Shown here: positions 7,526 to 14,725 of the stretch, one piece after another | Numbering within the stretch: position 1 is the first letter of the stretch | Layout: each line of letters opens with the position of its first letter | Notes under the pieces: model-generated | What the model was told of the DNA's origin: nothing | The model's database searches: none | The model's input: only the letters and a program-made list of their open reading frames with translations | From: Planctomycetota bacterium | GTDB taxonomy: Bacteria > Planctomycetota > Phycisphaerae > SM23-33 | Direction of reading: 5' to 3' | Assembly (NCBI GenBank): GCA_034189755.1 | Contig: JAXIHJ010000104.1 | Location: 1-40,533 of the forward strand | DNA length: 40,533 nt | Program-made: the position numbers and the translations under genes

Positions 7526-8197
7526 CTAATCGTCCGGCGAGCCGACGGCTACATACGAGCCGATCAGGGGTGCGAAACCGATTCGCACCATGTCGATTAG
7601 CTTCAGGCCCGCAGCCCGGAAGGCATCCTCGATTTGGCGGCGGCCATAGAAGTAAACGTTGCAGCGCTTCGTTTTCAGCCACAGACGCCGCGCAGGGTTC
7701 AGCAGCATACATCGCCTCGGAAAGCTAGCAACGATGCGCCGGCGAGAAAGGCTGTTCATCTTCCGGAGCATCGCCTCGGGCTGATCCACGTAGTCCATCA
7801 ACCCGATTGCGACGACCGCATCGAACGACTCATCGGTTTCGAACGCCTCCGCCGAAGCGCATGTGAAGCGGCAGTTTTGTCCCTGCCCGGCCCGCTCGGC
7901 CAGGTCCGCAGCCAGGTGTACCATCTCGTCCGACAGGTCGATGCCCGTTACGTGTTGAACCCCGGCCTGGGCGAGTGCAACGGCGACGCGGCCGGACCCG
8001 CAGCCGATTTCAAGGGCGCTTTCGGCCTGCCCGACACCCCGCAGACATGCCTCGACGCGCTGGGCCAGCTCGCGCCGGCGAAACAGGACGTCCACAATGC
8101 GCTGGACGGGTTTGCGTTGTCGGCCTTTTTCATAGATGGCGTCGAACCGCGCCGCGTCGCGCGTAAAGTAGTCGCGAACCTGATGTTGGTTTTTCAT
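7526..8197 (-). CDS. Class I SAM-dependent methyltransferase
   Basis: Motif I is 'LEIGCGSGRVAVALA' and post-I is 'GIDLS'. The ATG at 8197 overlaps the upstream stop as ATGA (translational coupling). Confidence 0.75.
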   Translation of the reverse strand: MKNQHQVRDYFTRDAARFDAIYEKGRQRKPVQRIVDVLFRRRELAQRVEACLRGVGQAESALEIGCGSGRVAVALAQAGVQHVTGIDLSDEMVHLAADLAERAGQGQNCRFTCASAEAFETDESFDAVVAIGLMDYVDQPEAMLRKMNSLSRRRIVASFPRRCMLLNPARRLWLKTKRCNVYFYGRRQIEDAFRAAGLKLIDMVRIGFAPLIGSYVAVGSPDD

Positions 8198-9225
8198 GTA
8201 AGCGCTTCCTGGAACGTAGTCCACCGGCGCGTCCGGAGCAGGCGGTCGAACCGCTTCAACGCCCGGTGGCGATTATAAGTGCCAATCCACTTCATCAATC
8301 GGCCTTGCTCGGCGAGCATCGGATGTTTCGCTCCGAGGTCCCACAGATTGTACCGGGCATCGTCGAATTCCCAGGGATGAATGTAGATAACAGGCGGGCA
8401 GCCGTAACGCCGCTCGTACCGCCGCAGGAAATAGCGGTTCAGCCAGAGTGGAAACAGCCGCAGGTAGAATCCGCCGCCGATGAGTATGCGGAACTTGCCC
8501 AGCTTGTAGACAGGCAGCGGAAACTCGACCAGGCCGTTCTTCAGGCGGTGCGGCCCGAACGGCGCATCGGCGACGCCGCCGTAGAAAAAGTTCTTCAGCG
8601 GCGCTATGCTCGAATCGTAGACGAAACCCTCATCGGCCAGGACGTCGAACGCCCAGCCGGTCTCGCCGGACATCGAGAACGAAGGCGCTCGGTAGCCCAG
8701 CGGCCGAACGCCCGTAGCCGACATGATGCGGTTGCGGCTGCGGACAACGTCGCGGCGAAACTCCTCCGGCGTCATCTTGTGGACGCGTTTGTGCGACCAG
8801 CCGTGGCAGGCGATTTCGTGGCCTGCCTCCACAATTCGCCCCAGCAGCGGCTCGACGTTATCTATGATGCTCGCCAGGACAAAAAAGGTTGCTCGCACAC
8901 CGTGGGTCTCCAGCAGGTCCAGCAGATGCGGCAGCGTCTCGTGCGCCCGCTTTGGAATGTTCTGTTCGGCGACAAGCTCCTCGGCGTAGGGCACGTAGTT
9001 GTAGTACTCCTCCAGGTCGATGGAAAGGATGGCCGGCGAAGGCGGCAGGTCGAGCTTCTCAGCCACCATGTTACGATAAGCCGAAACTGTCTTAGGTTGC
9101 GTCACGGCCGATTCGTCCTGCTTGCAGTGTTCTGCCCCCGCGCAGCAGACGATACCGAAATCTGCGGACAAATGCGAGGGTCCCTTTGGCGTCGGGGGCA
9201 GAAAGTACTTGCCACCATCCACCAC
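8194..9225 (-). CDS. Polysaccharide deacetylase family protein (NodB domain plus DUF3473-like C-terminus, resembling the PEP-CTERM-locus subfamily)
   Basis: 'LSIDLEEYY', 'ATFFVLASI', 'GHEIACHGWSH', 'GYRAPSFS' and 'GGGFYLRLFP'. The real start may be the internal Met at 9069, because 9225 leaves only 36 nt to the divergent gene. Confidence 0.8.
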   Translation of the reverse strand: MVDGGKYFLPPTPKGPSHLSADFGIVCCAGAEHCKQDESAVTQPKTVSAYRNMVAEKLDLPPSPAILSIDLEEYYNYVPYAEELVAEQNIPKRAHETLPHLLDLLETHGVRATFFVLASIIDNVEPLLGRIVEAGHEIACHGWSHKRVHKMTPEEFRRDVVRSRNRIMSATGVRPLGYRAPSFSMSGETGWAFDVLADEGFVYDSSIAPLKNFFYGGVADAPFGPHRLKNGLVEFPLPVYKLGKFRILIGGGFYLRLFPLWLNRYFLRRYERRYGCPPVIYIHPWEFDDARYNLWDLGAKHPMLAEQGRLMKWIGTYNRHRALKRFDRLLRTRRWTTFQEALT

Positions 9226-9261
9226 TTGAGTCGATACTAATACCGTTTCACCGACTTAATT

Positions 9262-10179
9262 ATGGATCGGGCGGAGAATTTTGGCGTGGCAAGAATACCC
9301 CGGAAGTCATGGTTGATATGCCTGGTGGTTGTGGTGTCATTAGCGACGTGTCTCGCCGATGACGAGACTTCCATGCACGGTTCGCCCCCTCGCATCGAGG
9401 CCATTACCAGGCCCAGTGAGGACGTAACGCTTTCATTTGTCAGGCCGGGTCAAATTGCCAAGGTGTTTGTCAAGGAGGGCGATCCCGTCAAAGTCGGCCA
9501 GGTGCTTCTCCAGCAGGATGACGCCGTGGAGCGGGCCGAACTGGAGCAGCTTAAGCTTCAGGCGGAGAATCTCACCCGCGTTCAGGCGTCCGAGGCCCAA
9601 CTCAAACAGAAGAAGGTGGACCTCAAGAAACTGGAGTGGGCCGAGAAGCGGGGCGCCGCAACGGAGCTGGAAGTCGAGCACGCCCGCTTGGACGTGTTGA
9701 TTTCCGAGCTGACGCTGGAATTGACGCGATTTCAGCAGGATCAGGACCGGCGCAAATACATTCAGGCGAAACTCACGATTGACCGCATGTCCCTGAACAG
9801 CCCGATTGCAGGTGTGGTGGAGCAGATTGCCATCGAGCCGGGCGAAGCGGTGGATGCATGGGTGCAGGTAATTCGTGTTGTGAAGATTGATCCGTTATGG
9901 ATAGATGTTCCCGTTCCGCGGACCTTGGCCATGAAGCTGCGGCGTGGCGGTGCAGCGCGGGTCGAGTTAGGCCCGGCCGGCGCCGTGGTTGTGGGCAAGA
10001 TCATTCACATTGCCGCAGTGGCCGATGCGGCCAGTAATACACTGACCGTTCGTGTGGAGATGCCGAATCCCACACGCAGGCCGGGAGGAGAGCACGTTAA
10101 GATATACTTTCCGCGGCACGTAGCCGGCGGGAAAAGTCACGCGATTGCATCACCATCGGCCTCTGAAAAGAGCAAATAG
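9262..10179 (+). CDS. HlyD-family membrane fusion protein (periplasmic adaptor), N-terminally anchored
   Basis: N-terminal hydrophobic segment 'WLICLVVVVSLATC', a lipoyl-like 'GQIAKVFVKEGDPVKVGQVLLQQD', a coiled-coil hairpin and 'SPIAGVVEQIAIEPGE'. Confidence 0.75.
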   Translation: MDRAENFGVARIPRKSWLICLVVVVSLATCLADDETSMHGSPPRIEAITRPSEDVTLSFVRPGQIAKVFVKEGDPVKVGQVLLQQDDAVERAELEQLKLQAENLTRVQASEAQLKQKKVDLKKLEWAEKRGAATELEVEHARLDVLISELTLELTRFQQDQDRRKYIQAKLTIDRMSLNSPIAGVVEQIAIEPGEAVDAWVQVIRVVKIDPLWIDVPVPRTLAMKLRRGGAARVELGPAGAVVVGKIIHIAAVADAASNTLTVRVEMPNPTRRPGGEHVKIYFPRHVAGGKSHAIASPSASEKSK

Positions 10180-10203
10180 GCCCCAAAAGGACAAGGAGTC
10201 ATT

Positions 10204-10575
10204 ATGGCTGAGAAGAAGAAGCCTTCGACCGACGAAGGAACCAATGTGGAAGATCAGGCACGCGAGCAGACCGGGCAGCAGCAGGTCCGTCTCCGTATCG
10301 ATGAGCGGAACATGAGCAGCTGTTATGCCAATGCCTTTCGCACCAACGGCACGGCCGAGGAGGTCATGCTGGACTTTGGCGTTAATCTGGTCAATCCGGC
10401 ATCGCAGCAGCAGGATAAGCCGGAAATTATTTTCCAGGTCAATCAGCGCGTCATCTTGAACTATTACTCGGCCAAGCGGATGGCGATTACACTCAGCCAG
10501 TTGATTCGCCGTCATGAAGAAGCGTTCGGCGAGCTGGAGATGGACGTTAACAAACGCCGCAAGAGCGGCAAGTAA
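10204..10575 (+). CDS. DUF3467-like small protein
   Basis: aaggag SD. 'YANAFRTNGTAEEVMLDFG...QRVILNYYSAKRMAITLSQLIRRHEEAFGEL' matches the remembered DUF3467 pattern (YsN..i.hs..EF.lDF...R.il.p.hAKrl...L...i..yE..fGei). Confidence 0.6.
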   Translation: MAEKKKPSTDEGTNVEDQAREQTGQQQVRLRIDERNMSSCYANAFRTNGTAEEVMLDFGVNLVNPASQQQDKPEIIFQVNQRVILNYYSAKRMAITLSQLIRRHEEAFGELEMDVNKRRKSGK

Positions 10576-10608
10576 GTTCTACGCTACTCGAAACGGAAGC
10601 AGGCATCC

Positions 10609-12537
10609 ATGTCGACGAAGCCAACGCAGGTTTCTCGGCAGAGGCAGGGCGGCGAATCGCCCACAACAGGTGAGATTGTTGACCGCCTCAGCCGGTTTGA
10701 CGGCCCGCCGGAGCAGTTTCTGGCCACGCTGCTGGCGGTGCAGTGTTATATCTCCGCCGCAGAGGGCGGAACTATTTTGCGGGTCAGCCCCGAGGGGCAG
10801 GTGGAAGTGCTGGCTGTTTACCCCGCCTTGCCCGAGGCGGCGACTGCGCCGGTGTGGCTGGCGCAATCGGTCGAATCGGCCGGGCAGGTTATCCAGGCGG
10901 GCCAGACGAACATCAAGCCGCTCCACAGCGAAGAATCACTCTACGGCGAGCCGGCTCATCATCATCTCGTGATGGTGCCGTTGCGTGGCGGCAGCGGCAT
11001 CCGCGGCCTGGCTGTCTTTATGATTGAAACGCGAGATCAGACCGTTCTTGCCGCCAGCCGGGAACGACTGGAACTTTCGACCAGCCTGCTAAGCCTCTAT
11101 GAGATGCGCCTGACGCTGCAACGCAGGAAGATAGACCTCGAACGGCTGCGAGTGGCGTTGGAAACCCTGTCGGCGGTCAACGAGCAGGATCGCTTCACCG
11201 GTGCGGGCATGGCCCTGTGCAACGAGCTGGCCAGCCGGTTCCAGTGCGACCGGCTAAGCCTCGGCATGTTGAAGGGGCGATACGTCCAGCTAAAGGCGCT
11301 CAGTCATACCGAGAAGTTCAGCCGCAAAATGAAGCTCGTCCAGGACATCGAGGCCGCAATGGAAGAATGTCTCGACCAGGACCTTGAAATCCTTCATCCC
11401 TCGGCTGACGAGGCCCCGTACGTCGCTCGGGCCACCAAAACTCTTGCCACACGCCACGGCCCGGCGACGGTTGTTTCGTTGCCGCTTCGCAAGGGTGGTG
11501 AGCCGATAGGCGTGCTGACGGCGGAGCGCCCGGTGGACCGCCCGTTCAGCCTCGATGAGATCGAGACGCTGCGACTGACCGCGGACCTGAGCACGGCCTG
11601 GCTGGCGAACCTTTTTGAACACGACCGGTGGTTCGGCGCCAGGTTGGCCGGTGCAGCCGGCAAGGGCCTTTCCGTCCTGCTGGGTTCCAAGCACACGTGG
11701 GCCAAGGTCGCAGCCGTTGCCGTCATCGTAGTAGTGTCGTTCCTGGTGTTTGCCAGGGGCGATTACAAGGCCGAGGCGACGTTTGTTGTCCAGGCGGTCC
11801 AGCGGCGGGTCGTTACGGCGCCTTTCGACGGCTATCTCGCCGATGTTTCGGTTGAACCCGGCGAGGTGGTCAAGGCAGGCCAGGAACTGGCCAGGCTGAG
11901 CACGAAGGACCTGCAATTGGAGCTGGACAGCCTAAAGGCCGAACGCGAAGTGTATCTCAAACAGGCTGATACCGCCATGGCCGCCGCCATACTTGATGAG
12001 CAAAAGAGGGCCGAGGGGCAGATCGCCAGGGCACAGGCGGCAAAAGTAGCCGCGCAGATCGAACTGCTGGAGTACCGCAAGCAGCAGGCAACGCTAATGG
12101 CGGCTATCGACGGACGAATTATCGGCGGAGACCTGTCCCGCCAGATCGACACCAAGATTGCCACCGGCGACATGCTGTTCGAAGTGGCGCCGATCGAAAA
12201 CCTTCGTGCGGAGCTGTCCATGCCGGAGGACCAGATCGCCGACGTGGTGGCCGCCATGGACGAGGCCCGAAAGCACGGGCGGGATATCCGCGGCGAACTG
12301 GCCACAGCCGGTGAGCCAGGCCAGCGAATCGAGTTCATCGTCGAGCGGATCAATCCCGTAGCCGAGGTGGTGGACCAGCAGAATGTCTTCAAGGTGCGTG
12401 TCCGCCTGGCGGGGCGGACCGGGCGTATGCTGCCGGGCATGGAAGGCAAGGCGAAGATTCACATCGGCAGGGCCAGTTACGCCTGGCTGTGGACTCGCCG
12501 ACTGGTCAACTGGTTGCGGATGAAGCTCTGGCTCTGA
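10609..12537 (+). CDS. Two GAF-like domains, one TM helix and a HlyD-type membrane fusion domain
   Basis: Two cytoplasmic GAF-like regions ('LVMVPLRGGSGIRGLAVFM', 'VSLPLRKGGEPIGVLTAER'), TM 'VAAVAVIVVVSFLVFA', then 'VVTAPFDGYLADVSVEPGEVVKAGQELARL' plus a long coiled coil. Confidence 0.7.
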   Translation: MSTKPTQVSRQRQGGESPTTGEIVDRLSRFDGPPEQFLATLLAVQCYISAAEGGTILRVSPEGQVEVLAVYPALPEAATAPVWLAQSVESAGQVIQAGQTNIKPLHSEESLYGEPAHHHLVMVPLRGGSGIRGLAVFMIETRDQTVLAASRERLELSTSLLSLYEMRLTLQRRKIDLERLRVALETLSAVNEQDRFTGAGMALCNELASRFQCDRLSLGMLKGRYVQLKALSHTEKFSRKMKLVQDIEAAMEECLDQDLEILHPSADEAPYVARATKTLATRHGPATVVSLPLRKGGEPIGVLTAERPVDRPFSLDEIETLRLTADLSTAWLANLFEHDRWFGARLAGAAGKGLSVLLGSKHTWAKVAAVAVIVVVSFLVFARGDYKAEATFVVQAVQRRVVTAPFDGYLADVSVEPGEVVKAGQELARLSTKDLQLELDSLKAEREVYLKQADTAMAAAILDEQKRAEGQIARAQAAKVAAQIELLEYRKQQATLMAAIDGRIIGGDLSRQIDTKIATGDMLFEVAPIENLRAELSMPEDQIADVVAAMDEARKHGRDIRGELATAGEPGQRIEFIVERINPVAEVVDQQNVFKVRVRLAGRTGRMLPGMEGKAKIHIGRASYAWLWTRRLVNWLRMKLWL

Positions 12538-12552
12538 TATAGAAGGTGTTTC

Positions 12553-14724
12553 ATGCCAGTGGACCGGCCCACATTCAGCGAATCATGGTACCGCGTTGTG
12601 GACTTGCGGCCGCGGCTGCGGTCGACGGTTCAGGTGCACCGCCAGCACTTTCGCGGGCACATGTGGCACGTTCTGCAAGACCCTTCGTCAAATCAATTCT
12701 TCCGCCTGAACGATGCGGCTTACTACTTCGTAGCCATGCTGGACGGCCGGAGGACCGTCGGCGAGGTTTGGCGAATCTGCAATGAGCAGCTCGGCGACAG
12801 CGCGCCGACGCAGGGCGAGGCTATCCAGTTGCTGGGCCAGCTCTATAGCTCAAACCTGCTCCAGGCGGAGCTGCCCCCCGACGCCGAAGGCCTGTTTCAC
12901 CGGTATCGCAAGCGTGTAACCCGGGAGGTGCAGGGTTATCTGATGAATCTGTTGTTCATACGGGTTCCGCTGATTGATCCGGACAACTTTCTGAACCGCT
13001 GGGTGGGGGTATTCGGCAAGTTGTTTACGAAAGTTAGCCTGCTGTTGTGGGTGGTGCTGATGGGGGTGGGTTTGTATTTTGTAATCGGCCGGGCCGGCGA
13101 GCTGTTTGATGGGGCAGCGGGCATTCTCGACCGGGAGAATCTGCCGCTTTTGTACCTGAGCTTCGTGATTATCAAGATTTTCCATGAGTTCGGGCACGCA
13201 TTTGCCTGTAAGGCGTTTGGCCGGGCCAGCGGCACCGGGGGCGAGGTCCACGTAATGGGCGTAATGTTCCTGGTCTTCACGCCCCTGCCGTATGTGGACG
13301 CCTCCAGCGCGTGGGCGTTTCGCCGGAAGTGGCACCGCGCCGTGGTGGGCGCAGCCGGCATGTTCGTGGAGTTGGCCGTCGCAGCCGTCGCGGCAATTAT
13401 CTGGGCAAACACCGCCCCCGGAACGCTGCGGGCCGTCTGCTACAACGTGATGTTCATCGCCTCGGTCTCATCGCTGATCTTCAACGGCAACCCTCTGCTT
13501 CGCTTTGACGGCTACTACATACTTTCGGACGTGCTGGAGATTCCGAATCTCTCTCAGCGGTCCAAGCAGTACATCTATTACCTCGTCAAGCGCTACGTCT
13601 ACGGAGTGCGCAGGTCTCATAATCCGGCCAACACCGGCGGCGAGAAGAGATGGTTCGTTTTTTACGGCATCGCCTCGACACTGTATCGCGTGTTCGTCTG
13701 TATTCGGATATTGCTGTTTATTGCGGACAAGTTGTTCATTGTGGGGGCTGTACTGGCTGTAGCAGCCGTCGTGGCCTGGGTGTTCGTGCCGCTGGGCAAG
13801 TTCCTGCATTATCTGTTCACCAGCGGGGAGTTGATGCGGGTTCGGGTACGAGCGGTGGGCTCGACACTCGGGGTGCTGTTGGCAATTGTAATTGGTGTCG
13901 GGCTGATTCCCGCGCCCGACCGCGGGCGGATCGAAGGCGTCGTCGAGCCGGTCCGTCTGGCAATCATGCATGCCCAGAGCGACGGCTTTATTCAGGACAA
14001 CTTCCTGCCATCCGGCAGCAGTGTCAGGCCCGACCGCGACATTCTCGTCCGCGCCGAGAACCCCCAGCTCCAGGCCATGCTGAAACAGGTGCGAGCTGAA
14101 CGGGACATCTACCTGACCCAGCGCCGGCTGGCGATGGTGCACCAGCAGGCCGCCGTAGGAGCCTTGACCGAAAAGATCAAGGCCCTGGACAATCGCATCT
14201 CGCGGACACGGCGCATGGTGGACGACCTGTCGCTTAGGCCTCGTATCGAGGGGCAGTGGATTGCCCCGGAAATCGACCGGACCGTGGGATTATACATCCG
14301 TCGCGGTGAAAGGATCGGCATCGTGGCCAGTCCGGACGACGTTTTTGTTCGTGCGATTGCCGACCAGGAAGTCTCTATAAACGAGATTGATTTCAGCCGC
14401 GTGGAGATACGGGTCAAGGGTCGGCCTGACCTCCAATGCACCGGAAGAATCCTGAACATTCTGCCGGTAGGCCAGCAGCGCCTGCCGTCGGCTGCACTGG
14501 GCTACGCCGCGGGCGGATCGATCCAGACCGACCCTCAGGACAGGCAGGGCACCAGGGCCGCTGAGCGAGTCTTCGAGGTCCGCATCGCTCCGGACGAAGA
14601 CCGCGATATCCGACTGCTGAGCGGCCAGCGGGTCATCGTGCGGTTTGAGACGCCTCGCAAACCGCTGGCGCTTCAGTGGTTGCGATCGCTCCGGCAACTG
14701 ATCCTCAGGAGGTTCCACATCTGA
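12553..14724 (+). CDS. Fusion protein: PqqD-like domain, M50 (site-2 protease) membrane metalloprotease and a HlyD-like periplasmic domain
   Basis: PqqD-like 'FFRLNDAAYYFVAMLDGRRTVGEVW...AIQLLGQLYSSNLL'. HEFGH lies at 13183-13197 in a TM segment. The second S2P motif is 'NGNPLLRFDGYY'. The C-terminal half has a coiled-coil/beta-barrel adaptor-like sequence. Confidence 0.75.
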   Translation: MPVDRPTFSESWYRVVDLRPRLRSTVQVHRQHFRGHMWHVLQDPSSNQFFRLNDAAYYFVAMLDGRRTVGEVWRICNEQLGDSAPTQGEAIQLLGQLYSSNLLQAELPPDAEGLFHRYRKRVTREVQGYLMNLLFIRVPLIDPDNFLNRWVGVFGKLFTKVSLLLWVVLMGVGLYFVIGRAGELFDGAAGILDRENLPLLYLSFVIIKIFHEFGHAFACKAFGRASGTGGEVHVMGVMFLVFTPLPYVDASSAWAFRRKWHRAVVGAAGMFVELAVAAVAAIIWANTAPGTLRAVCYNVMFIASVSSLIFNGNPLLRFDGYYILSDVLEIPNLSQRSKQYIYYLVKRYVYGVRRSHNPANTGGEKRWFVFYGIASTLYRVFVCIRILLFIADKLFIVGAVLAVAAVVAWVFVPLGKFLHYLFTSGELMRVRVRAVGSTLGVLLAIVIGVGLIPAPDRGRIEGVVEPVRLAIMHAQSDGFIQDNFLPSGSSVRPDRDILVRAENPQLQAMLKQVRAERDIYLTQRRLAMVHQQAAVGALTEKIKALDNRISRTRRMVDDLSLRPRIEGQWIAPEIDRTVGLYIRRGERIGIVASPDDVFVRAIADQEVSINEIDFSRVEIRVKGRPDLQCTGRILNILPVGQQRLPSAALGYAAGGSIQTDPQDRQGTRAAERVFEVRIAPDEDRDIRLLSGQRVIVRFETPRKPLALQWLRSLRQLILRRFHI

Positions 14725-14725
14725 C

